The notes under the pieces were generated by a model, which saw only the letters and a list, made by a program, of their open reading frames with translations, did not search any database and was not told where the DNA came from. The position numbers and the translations under genes were made by a program. From Lama guanicoe (lineage: Eukaryota), in the NCBI GenBank assembly GCA_013239625.1, contig MU053334.1, positions 124,001-188,000 of the forward strand: a stretch of 64,000 bases of DNA. The letters run 5' to 3'. Below, piece after piece: positions 40,366-52,300 of this stretch. Within the stretch, counting starts at the first letter, position 1, and the number at the start of each line of letters is the position of its first letter.

Positions 40366-43300
40366 GTGAGCCCCTACCCCAGCCTGCTCACCCCTGACTG
40401 ACCCCTACCTGCCCAGCAGTCCCCAGGGAGGGGTGTGGCAGGGGCCCCACCCTCACCAGCCCCTCCCCTGCAGTGGCAGCCTGGGCCGGTCTGACGGTGT
40501 GACCAAGATGAGTGCCAAGGACCTGTTTGGTGAGTGAGGTCTGAGGACCAGAGGCCGCGGGGGACAGCCCCGCTGGGAGGGTCTCGCGGGCTCCCCTCCC
40601 CCTGGCTGTGCCAGGCCCCCGCCAGGGGAGATGCAGGTCAGCCCTGGGCACCCAGAGGAGGCCTCTGGGCCCTAATCAACCAACAGATGCCCAGGTCCCT
40701 GCCCAAAACTTTAGCCCCTGAATAGCCCTCCCCCCACCATGCCGGTAAGGGGAGAGGCCTTACTAATAATTCAGAGAGCATCAATATTAATCCCGCTGTG
40801 CTCTTCCCTGCAACGTGATTCTCCGGGAGGCGGGGGCTCATGCTGGACTGAGCGCCAGGTGTCTGCTCTGGGAGGGCGAGGCCGGGCCAGCCCCCACCTC
40901 CCCAGCTGAGTCCCTCCCCAAGACCCCCAGCCTCGTTTGTGCCTTTGGACACAGGGCCAAAAGGGTCTGGAAAGCAAGGAGCCCAGGGAGGCGCAGGGAG
41001 ATGTCAGCTGGCAGCTCTTAGAGTGGGGGAAGCCCTGGACTGGACCCCTCCCCAGAAAAGGTGGACAAGGGGCCTCCACGGAAGGAGGCTGAGCCTCCTA
41101 CACCCCGCCAGGACAGACCTGCAGTCACGGTTGTGCCGTCACCACTCTGAGCTGGGGGCCTTCCCCAGGTCCCCTCCGTGCTCTGCCAGGAGGGGCCATG
41201 ACCCCCATTTCATGCCCTTGAGTCCTTCCTGGCAGCCACGAGGGGCCCACAGAGCAGTGCCCCTCGTCTCCACTCTGCCCTCCTGGTGGCCCCGCCTGGG
41301 GGTCCAGTCCACTTGGACTAGGGTCTGCGGGTCCTGCCCTCTGGGGTGAGTGACCAGTGTCTCCTCGTTCAGAACAGAGGAAGAAGTACTCCAACTCCAA
41401 TGTCATCATGCACGAGACCTCCCAGTACCACGTCCAGGTGAGGCGGCCCCCGGGGAGTTCCCCCAGCCCCGCACGGCCCTCCTGTCCTCTGTGCTCCGGG
41501 GTCCCCCAGCAGGTGGGAAACAGGCCCGGGGAGAAGTGGTCAGCCCAGGCTCTGATGCCCACAGCGGCCGGCTGGAGCCAGACGCTGCCCCACCCCTGTC
41601 CTGGGCTCATGCACAGTGGAGAGCCTCCCTCCGGCTGTGGGGAGCTCGCAGTCCGAGGGACACAGGATCCCTGGAGCTACGTCGGGGAGGGAAGGTGTCG
41701 GGCCGACACAGGCCTGCGAGGGCAAGCTCTGGGCGCCTTCCGGCAGCCCTCGAATGGGAAGACCCAGTGGGAGGGGCCCCGAAGCAGGGAAATGGATTAG
41801 GAGGGAGCAGCTGGAACAAAGACACCCCTTTTTTGAGCTTCTGCAGGGAAGTCCTTGATGGCTAATTCTGACTGAGTCTGGGAGAGTTTCAATGGGGTAA
41901 CTTTAGATAAAGCTGTTGGCTCCTGAGGGCTTTTACCCTAGGTCAGTTTTAATTCACACTTAGAACTCAGAAAATATGTTTTTTAAATGACCTCCCTGCT
42001 TTTGGCAGCTGGCCGAGTTCCTGGTTCCTGGCCATCATCCAAGCCTGCAGGACAACAGGGCTGGAGATGGCTGAGGAGGGAGGAGAGGGAGGAGGGAGGA
42101 AGTTGGGGGGTCCCCTAGATGAGGAAGGTGGGGGCCCTGGACCAGGAAGGTGGGGTCCCTGGACCAGGAAGGTGGGGACCCTGGACCAGGAAGGTGGGGG
42201 CCCTGACCAGAAAGGTAGGGGCCCTGGACCAGGAAGGTGGGGGCCCTGGACCAGGAAGGTGGGGGCCCTGGACCAGGAAGGTGGGGGCCCTGGACCAGGA
42301 AGGTGGGGTCCCTGGACCAGGAAGGTGGGGACCCTGGACCAGGAAGGTGGGGGCCCTGACCAGAAAGGTAGGGGCCCTGGACCAGGAAGGTGGGGGCCCT
42401 GGACCAGGAAGGTGGGGGCCCTGGACCAGGAAGGTGGGGGCCCTGGACCAGGAAGGTAGGGGCCCTGGACCAGGAAGGTGGGGGCCCTGGACCAGGAAGG
42501 TGGGGGCCCTGGACCAGGAAGGGGGGGGGCCCTGGACCAGGAAGTTAGGACTTTGGGCCAGGAAAGGGGGACCCTGAACCAGGAAGGTGGGGGCCTGGAC
42601 CAGGAAGGTGGGGACCCTGGACCAGGAAGGTGGGGGCCTGGACCAGGAAAGTGGGGACCCTGGACCAGGAAGGTGGGGGTCCTGGACGAGAAATCTGGGG
42701 GCCCTGAACTAAGAGGTAGGGGCCCTGGACCAGGAAGGTGGGGGCCCTGGACCAGGAAGGTGGGGGGCCCTGAGCTAGGAAGGTGGGGGCCCTGGACCAG
42801 GAAGGTGAGGGGCCTGGACCAGGAAGGGGGGGGCCTGGACCAGGAAGGTGGGGGCCCTGGACCAGGAAGGGGGGGGGCCCTGGACCAGGAAGTTAGGACT
42901 TTGGGCCAGGAAAGGGGGACCCTGAACCAGGAAGGTGGGGGCCTGGACCAGGAAGGTGGGGACCCTGGACCAGGAAGGTGGGGGCCTGGACCAGGAAAGT
43001 GGGGACCCTGGACCAGGAAGGTGGGGGTCCTGGACGAGAAATCTGGGGGCCCTGAACTAAGAGGTAGGGGCCCTGGACCAGGAAGGTGGGGGCCCTGGAC
43101 CAGGAAGGTGGGGGGCCCTGAGCTAGGAAGGTGGGGGCCCTGGACCAGGAAGGTGAGGGGCCCTGAACCAGGAAGGTGGGGGCCCTGGACCAGGAAGGTG
43201 AGGGGCCCTGAACCAGGAAGGTGGGGGCCCTGGACCAGGAAGGTGGGGGGCCTGGACCAGGAAGGTGGGGGGCCCTGGACCAGGAAGGTGAGGGGCCCTG

Positions 43301-46300
43301 AACCAGGAAGGTGGGGGCCCTGGACCAGGAAGGTGGGGGGCCTGGACCAGGAAGGTGGGGGGCCCTGGACCAGGAAGGTGAGGGGCCCTGAACCAGGAAG
43401 GTGGGGGCCCTGGACCAGGAAGGTGGGGGGCCTGGACCAGGAAGGTGGGGGGCCCTGGACCAGGAAGGTGAGGGGCCCTGAACCAGGAAGGTGGGGGCCC
43501 TGGACCAGGAAGGTGGGGGGCCTGGACCAGGAAGGTGGGGGGCCCTGGACCAGGAAGGTGAGGGGCCCTGAACCAGGAAGGTGGGGGCCCTGGACCAGGA
43601 AGGTGGGGGGCCTGGACCAGGAAGGTGGGGGGCCCTGGACCAGGAAGGTGAGGGGCCCTGAACCAGGAAGGTGGGGGCCCTGGACCAGGAAGGTGGGGGG
43701 CCTGGACCAGGAAGGTGGGGGGCCCTGGACCAGGAAGGTGAGGGGCCCTGAACCAGGAAGGTGGGGGCCCTGGACCAGGAAGGTGGGGGGCCTGGACCAG
43801 GAAGGTGGGGGGCCCTGGACCAGGAAGGTGAGGGGCCCTGAACCAGGAAGGTGGGGGCCCTGGACCAGGAAGGTGGGGGGCCTGGACCAGGAAGGTGGGG
43901 GGCCCTGGACCAGGAAGGTGAGGGGCCCTGAACCAGGAAGGTGGGGGCCCTGGACCAGGAAGGTGGGGGGCCTGGACCAGGAAGGTGGGGGGCCCTGGAC
44001 CAGGAAGGTGAGGGGCCCTGAACCAGGAAGGTGGGGGCCCTGGACCAGGAAGGTGGGGGGCCTGGACCAGGAAGGTGGGGGGCCCTGGACCAGGAAGGTG
44101 AGGGGCCCTGAACCAGGAAGGTGGGGGCCCTGGACCAGGAAGGTGGGGGGCCTGGACCAGGAAGGTGGGGGGCCCTGGACCAGGAAGGTGAGGGGCCCTG
44201 AACCAGGAAGGTGGGGGCCCTGGACCAGGAAGGTGGGGGGCCTGGACCAGGAAGGTGGGGGGCCCTGGACCAGGAAGGTGAGGGGCCCTGAACCAGGAAG
44301 GTGGGGGCCCTGGACCAGGAAGGTGGGGGGCCTGGACCAGGAAGGTGGGGGGCCCTGGACCAGGAAGGTGAGGGGCCCTGAACCAGGAAGGTGGGGGCCC
44401 TGGACCAGGAAGGTGGGGGGCCTGGACCAGGAAGGTGGGGGGCCCTGGACCAGGAAGGTGAGGGGCCCTGAACCAGGAAGGTGGGGGCCCTGGACCAGGA
44501 AGGTGGGGGGCCTGGACCAGGAAGGTGGGGGGCCCTGGACCAGGAAGGTGAGGGGCCCTGAACCAGGAAGGTGGGGGCCCTGGACCAGGAAGGTGGGGGG
44601 CCTGGACCAGGAAGGTGGGGGGCCCTGGACCAGGAAGGTGAGGGGCCCTGAACCAGGAAGGTGGGGGCCCTGGACCAGGAAGGTGGGGGGCCTGGACCAG
44701 GAAGGTGGGGGGCCCTGGACCAGGAAGGTGAGGGGCCCTGAACCAGGAAGGTGGGGGCCCTGGACCAGGAAGGTGGGGGGCCTGGACCAGGAAGGTGGGG
44801 GGCCCTGGACCAGGAAGGTGAGGGGCCCTGAACCAGGAAGGTGGGGGCCCTGGACCAGGAAGGTGGGGGGCCTGGACCAGGAAGGTGGGGGGCCCTGGAC
44901 CAGGAAGGTGAGGGGCCCTGAACCAGGAAGGTGGGGGCCCTGGACCAGGAAGGTGGGGGGCCTGGACCAGGAAGGTGGGGGGCCCTGGACCAGGAAGGTG
45001 AGGGGCCCTGAACCAGGAAGGTGGGGGCCCTGGACCAGGAAGGTGGGGGGCCTGGACCAGGAAGGTGGGGGGCCCTGGACCAGGAAGGTGGGGACCCTGG
45101 ACCAGGAAGGTGGAGGCCTGGACCAGGAAAGTGGGGACCCTGGACCAGGAAGGTGGGGGCCCTGAACCAAGAAGGTGGGGGCCTGGACCAGGAAAGTGGG
45201 GACCCTGGACCAGGAAGGTGGGGGCCCTGGACCAGAGAGCTGGGGGCCCAGAGCCAAGAGGTGGGGGGCCGGGACCANNNNNNNNNNNNNNNNNNNNNNN
45301 NNNNNNNNNNNNNNNNNNNNNNNNNNNNNNNNNNNNNNNNNNNNNNNNNNNNNNNNNNNNNNNNNNNNNNNNNNNNNNNNNNNNNNNNNNNNNNNNNNNN
45401 NNNNNNNNNNNNNNNNNNNNNNNNNNNNNNNNNNNNNNNNNNNNNNNNNNNNNNNNNNNNNNNNNNNNNNNNNNNNNNNNNNNNNNNNNNNNNNNNNNNN
45501 NNNNNNNNNNNNNNNNNNNNNNNNNNNNNNNNNNNNNAGGTGGGGACCCTGGACCAGGAAGGTGGAGGCCTGGACCAGGAAGGTGGGGACCCTGGACCAG
45601 GAAGGTGGGGGGCCTGGACCAGGAAGGTGGGGGCCCTGAACCAGGAAGGTGGGGGGCCCTGGACCAGGAAGGTGGGGGGCCTGGACCAGGAAGGTGGGGG
45701 CTTTGAATAAGGGAGGTAAGAACTCCCTCCCCATAGAACCCTTCACACCCACAGAGGACAAATGGGTCACTGCTTTCTGAGCTTTAGTTTTCTAATGTCT
45801 ATGATGGGTCCATTCAGACGTGGGGAGCCTCTTGCTCTGCCAGCCTGCACAGGCTCGTGACTGCTGCTGGCTCATTGTCCAGAGGCAGCTGGGCCACCGC
45901 AGAAGGGGCAGTGAGGGGCCTTGGTGAGGGGCTGTCGGTGCCCTGGGGCCTCCCAGCCCTCCTGGGCTTTGATCCATGCTCGCCTATGGAAGGACCCCGG
46001 CCCAGGGGCACTTCTCCTGCTCACCCAGCAGCCAGCAAGGCTGGGGAAGTGGGTGCGTTTGCCTACCCCTCCCAGATGAAGATGCTGAGGCCAAGAGAGA
46101 GGGTGAGAAGTGGGGGCAAGATGGGACCCACCCTGGCACTGGGGATGGGGGCTGTGCTGAAGCCTTGTGGTTTGTTTTTTTCATTTTTTTCTAAATTAGC
46201 ACATAGTAAAGTGACATGGGGGTGGGTGACACCACCTCTGTCAGGACACAGAGCAGCTGCAGTGCCCCACAGCCCCGCTGTGCCCACCCCATGAGGTTGC

Positions 46301-49300
46301 AGACTTCCCTACCCCGACACCTGGCAACGCTGCTCAGGCCTCCAGCCCTCTGGTTCGCCCTTTTTGAGAAGCCCCTAAAAATGAGTTCATATATTTTTTG
46401 TTTGGTTGGGGTTTTGGGGGGGAGGGTATAATTAGGTTTTATTTATTTATTTACATGGAGGCACTGGGGATTGAACCTGGGACCTCGTGCGTGCTCAGCA
46501 CATGCCCTGTCACTGAGCTCTGCCCTCCCCCCGAGTTCATATATTTTAGAACCATCTTTGTGCTTCTGCTTCATAAACGTATTTCACAAAAACCCTGTGT
46601 GTAAAGAAGACTTCTCTAGGGCGCTGCGACCTCCACCAGCTGTGCCGCCAGCATGTGTCCACGAGCGTGCCTCCACGCGCCTTACTGAATGACAGGGGTC
46701 CTTCTTGTGCAGGTGAAGGTGCACGGATTCGACATAACCTTCTCCCACTCTGGCTTGTTGATTCCCGTGCGTAATGTGTCTGGGTGAGCGGAGACATTTA
46801 ACTTTGATGACGTCCGATCACATCCATGTTTCTCTTTTATGGTCAGGATTTCTTTGGGTTTTGGAGGTTATTTGTACTTTGGCCATTGCTGGGCCCAAGG
46901 CTCTGAAGCTTTCTTCCTGCGTTTTCTCCTAGATGCTTCGTTGTTCAGGCTGTTACACCCAGGCCTGTCACCTATGTCAAATTCATTTTTAGGCGTGAGA
47001 CTCAAAGCTGACGTCCCCATAGGAATGTGCAGTCTAGCAAAAGACTTTCCTTCCCGCATTGAATGACTTTGGTGCCTTAGTCAAAAATTGATTAATTGGA
47101 CACGAATGGGTCTACTCCTGGACTCTCTGTTTCATTCTCTTTCACTCATTGTAGCTTATTAGCTTTCTTGAAATCAGGCTACTTTCTTCTTTTTCTTCAA
47201 GATTTTTGTGACTGTTTTAAGTTCTCTGGACTCGCATTTACATTTTAGAATCAAAGTATCCATTTCTATCCTCAAAAAAAGCCTGCTAGAATTTTGGTTT
47301 TGGTTTAGGTCCAGAGAGAATTGACATCTTAAAGATGTTGCATCCATGAACATGGTACCTCTCCACTTACTAGGTCTTCTCTGGTTTCTCTCAGAACTTT
47401 TTTGTGATTTTCACCATAGAGGGCTTGCAAATACTTCTTAAAATATTCCTTAGGTGTTTGGTTTTTACATACTGTTATAAATGGCACTGTTTTTTTTTTA
47501 ATTTTTTTGGTTGCTTTTTCTTCTCTTTTTTGGTGTCGTTTTTCAGTTTTCATTTTTCAGCTGTCAGTTCCTAGGGCTTGTTTTGTATAACTGGATTTCT
47601 GTGTAGTGAGCAAGTATCCTGAAGCCTTGCTGAGTCGATTTATTTCTTCCAGTGACTTGCTTGTACCTGCGCTGGATTTTCTGTGTACACAATCACGTCT
47701 GAAAACACCTTACTGAATGTCTTACCCTTTGCCACTTGGCTTTTCTTGCTTCACTGCCCTGGCCAGAACCACCAGGAGATGCTCAGTAGAAGTAACGACA
47801 GTGGACGCCCTGGCCTGGGTCCAGTCTTGGAAGAAAGTGTTTGGTATTCCCCTCTGTATACGCTGTGTGTTTCTGTAGACACCCTTTAGCAGGGTGGGTA
47901 AGTTCCTTTCCATTCTTTGTTTGCTCAGAGCTTTTGTCATGAAAGGTGTTGAATTTTGTCGAACACTTTCTCTGAATCTATTGAGATGTATTTACTGTTG
48001 CTAATGTAGTGAACCCATCACACTGACTTGTCTTTAATGTTGAAGCAGTACTGCACTTCTGGGATAAACCTCATTTAATTATGATGTATGATCCTTTTCA
48101 TGTGTTGACAAAACTTACCTGCTAATGTTTTGTTAGGGATTTTTTGCATTAATATTTATTAGAGATTTTGGTCTTTACTTTTCTTTTCCTGCAAAGCCCT
48201 TGGCAGTTTTGAAATCAGAGGTAGCTCTGTGAAGTGCATGGAGACTGTTCCCTACGGCTCTGTCTTCAGGAGGAGCTAACGGAAGATTGCTACGAGCTCT
48301 TCCCTAAGGATCTGTTAGGGTTCACTTGTGAGGCCCTCTGAGTGTGGGGCTTCATTGTGGGGAGCTTTTTTAAGTTATGGATTCACTCTAATGCCTGTAG
48401 TCTGCAGTGACGCCCCCTCTTTCCTTTGGGTCACTGACACTTTGTGTTTTCTGTTTTCTTTACGTCTTGCTAGGGGGTTATCAATTTCATCAGTCTTTTC
48501 AGAACCAACCTTTGAGCTTTGTTGATTTTGCTCTGCTGTTTGTGTGTCTTACTAGTTTGTTGGTTTCCACGCTTAGTGTCCTTCCTTCCACTTTCTCTGG
48601 GCTTTGTTTGATTGTCTTTTCCCGGTTTCTTTAGAGGAATGAACACTTAGATCACTCACATTAGGTCTTTCTTCTTCTCCAGCTTACTCGTAAAAGCTGT
48701 GAAGCTCCCTCCAAGAACCCCTTTAGCTGTCTGCCACCAGTTTTGATGTGCATGTTTTTACGATCGTTCAGCTCAGAATACTTTCTAATAGTCCTCGTGC
48801 CTCCTTTGACCCACAGACTCTTTAGATTGTTCTTCTTTTTAGGCATTTAACCACGTAAACACTTACAGCTATAAATTTCCCCTTTGCACTGCTTTTCCTG
48901 CATCCTGTACGTTTCAGTATGCCGTATTTCTGTTTTCATTCGTCTCTGTGTATTTTATTTCCCTTGTCATTTCTTCTTTCACTCATTCGTTGTTTAATTT
49001 CAAGTGTTGTTGACAAATGCTGAGTGTTTCAAGAGTGTTTTGTTTGATTTCTACAGAATTGGACCCATGAGTTTTTAGAAGTGTGCTGTTTAATTTCTAA
49101 CGACTGGAGGGTTTCGTGGCTGTCATTCTGCTGCTGGCTTCTGCTTGAATCCGTTCTGGTCGGAGCACGCACTCGGCGGGCTCAGTCACGTGGGGTGCAC
49201 GGGCAGCATGGTTTGGGTTGTTTGCTTGTGCTGTGCTTTGCTAAGAATGTGCCTCATGCAGGCAGACCAGCTGCCTGATGACCGCGGCCTGTTTCCGCCC

Positions 49301-52300
49301 ACGCTTTCTAACCTGCTGGTGGACATGCAGGTTGGCCTCCAGCAGCTCTGCAGGGAGCAGCCGTGAGCCTGTGCCACACGCTGCACCTGAGCAGGCGGCC
49401 TGGGTGGGATTGTAAGAGGAAAGGGGCACGTCATGCCGGTGTCACGGCCCCTCCTCGGGTGGCTGGGCCAGCGCCCAGCACGGGCTCCCACTTCCCCACC
49501 CCTTAACCCTCCAGTGTAGCCCACAGGGGCTTGCGGCAGAGTGGGTGAAAATCTCAGTGGCTGACACATTCCTAAAGTGATAGTCTCACAGTTTCAATCT
49601 GCAGTTTCTTTATTGAGTCTGTGTACAGTTTTCTATATTAAAAAGTTACCGGGGGGAGGGTTAGCTCAGTGGTAAAACATGTGCCCAGCATGCACGAGGT
49701 CCTGGGCTTCATCCCCAGCACCTCTTCTAACTCAGTAAATAAACCCAGTTACCGCCTCCTCCCAAAAGGAGACAGAAAAAGTTACTGAGATTTCTTTCCC
49801 CGTAGGCTCTTTGTTTTTATCTTTTGCCAATTTTTTCTGTCGGGGTTAACTTTTTACTACTTACACATTCTTTCATTACGTGTTGATTTATTGTTGGTAT
49901 CCTTAATTATTAAAAATAGAGTAGAGCTTTTTCTTCTAATGGGGTGCTGGGGATTGAACCAGGACCTCGTGCATGCTGAGCACTCTACCCCTGAGCCCTG
50001 CCCTCCCCCGCAAAACAGTGCTTTTAACAGAGTCAGAACTGGCACCGCCACACTCACTGGCGGTTTTCTATGTTAAGAAGATTAGCTTACATTGCGTCTG
50101 TTATATCTGCTATTGTGTCTGTGTTTCCCCACTTTTCTTTTCCTTTGTATATGGTGTTTTTTCTCAGCGGAGATTGTTTTCGTTAAGTCAGCCGTGGTCT
50201 CATCTTTCGAGTGTCTGGCTTTTCCTCCTTGCTTAGCAAAGTCCCCAGGGAAGAAGGCCTTTCTGAGGTCATCAGAAACCACCCAGTATTTCCTTCCAGC
50301 ACTTTCATGGATCCGCGTTTGCGGTCAAATCTCCACTGTCTGGAGTTTACGTTAGTGCCTATCCAGCTGTCGCAGCCTTGCTGACTGAACTCAGCAGCGG
50401 TCAGGACAGACACACAGGGGGTCCTGGAAGGAGGAGGGCCTGAGTCAGGCTTGGAGACAGAGGAGAGGGCACTGGGACGGGCAGGGCTGGCCCCATGGAC
50501 TGTGGGCCCGGCACTGGGGATTCGGCAGCTAAAACAACAAAGAAGCATGTCACATTAAGTCCAATCGTGATAAATAAAAAAAGCAGGTCAGGGACGTGGT
50601 GACAGAGATGCTTTGGCTGGATGGTCGGGAGGCAGCATCCGAGCAGAATCCAGAAGGAAGAATGAGCAGAGATGGCGCATGCCAAGGCCCTGCCGGGAGC
50701 CTGCGCCAGGGCTGCTGGGGGAGCGGGGCGCCCAGCAAGGAGATGGGCGGGGCACGTCCATGGCCCCCACAGAATCCACCAAGGAGAGCAGAGGACCCCC
50801 AAAGGCGGCGCTTTGTCTGTCCAGACCTCCAGGGAAGGGACGTTCCCCTCGGACCCCCAGGGCACAGCCCCTTGGCCCTGGCTCCTGGCACCAGGAGGGC
50901 TGTGCCCAGGGTGACCCCCCACTGCCCACCCCAGCACTTGGCCACATTCATCATGGACAAGACAGAGGCCATCGTGTCTGTGGAAGACGCTGTCCGGAAG
51001 CTGGTGCAGCTGAGCTCCAAGGAGAAGATCTGGACACAGGAGATGCTGCTGCAGGTCAACGGCCAGTCGCTGCGGCTGCTGGACATAGAGTCCCAGGTAC
51101 GGCAGCAGCAGGAGGGAGGGAGGGCGAGTGCGGTCCTGCAAGGTGGGCGGGGCTCTGACCCAGACGCACCCTGGGCCTCCCCGTGGGAGCGGGACGAGGG
51201 CAGAGGGCGGGGGACCGGGCAGGGCCCAGAGTCCAGAGAGGCCACGTCACATGGGGCCACGGCCGCCTCCCCAAGAGCTTCTCCGCCGGCTGAACTGAGG
51301 CAGGGCCTCACTGTGTGACCCTGCCTGTGGAGGCCAGGCCTGTGTCCGTGTCCACGCTGTGCCCTACTTCTGTGCCGTATCCCTGGCACGAACATCCCAG
51401 GCCAGGCCTGCAGGTCAGCCCGGGCCCCTCCTCGGGTCCTTCCGGGGCCCGTGGCTGTGAGCCCACAGCCGAGCCCGGGCCAGGTGCGCGTGTCCTGCAG
51501 GAGGAGCTGGAGAACTTCCCGCTGCCGACGGTGCGGCACACCCAGACGGTGCTGAACCAGCTGCGCTACCCGTCCGTGCTGTTGCTCGTGTGCCAGGACT
51601 CGGAGCAGAGCAAGCCCGACGTGCACTTCTTCCACTGCGACGAGGTGGAGGTGAGGGGGCTGCGGCAGGCAGGCGGGGGGCGCCCTACGTCCGCAGAGCC
51701 AGCCTGACACCCCGTCCCCCCAGGCCGAGCTGGTCCACGAGGACATCGAGAGCGCGCTGGCCGACTGCCGGCTGGGGAAGAAGAAGGGGCCGCAGACCCT
51801 CAAGTAGGGGCGTGGGTTACAGGGGCGGGTGGGGAGGGGCCAGGCTGGGGCTGCACTGGGCTGAGCGGCCCTTCCTCCCACGTCAGGGGCCACCAGGAGA
51901 AGCTCCGGCAGCGGCAGTCAGTCCTGCCTCCCCCTCAGGGCCCGGCCCCCATCCCCTTCCAGCGCTACGGCGAGGACTCCCCTTCTACCAAGAACCGAGT
52001 GGGCCTGCCAGTGCCACTCAGCGAACCAGGTGGGCCAGGGGGCTGGGCTGGGGCTGCAGGCAGGGTCTGAGACGGTGGGCTCAGTCAGCAGCAGCTCTGC
52101 CTCCCCATCCAGGCTTCCGCCGCCGGGAGTCGCTGGAGGAGGAACCACGGGCCCTGCTGGCTCAGAGGATAGAGAAGGAGACGGTGGGTCTGGGCCCCTA
52201 CGGCCCCTCCAGGGGCCAGGGCAGCACGTGGGGGCGTCCCTGCCACAGGCAGGGTCGCCCGAGGCTGACCCCATGCTACTCTGACCCCAGCAAATCCTCA

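Noticed and set aside
42112..45702. CRISPR-like array
   Set aside because: Head-to-tail repeats with no unique spacers, no cas genes, and a mammalian intronic context
41967..45770. 1267-aa (-) and 895-aa (+) ORFs as novel genes
   Set aside because: They are translations of the minisatellite; the longer one runs through an N gap; there is no domain or promoter/splice support
50550..51893. 447-aa minus-strand ORF
   Set aside because: Antisense shadow of GC-rich EPS8L2 exons 5-7 and their introns; no recognisable protein
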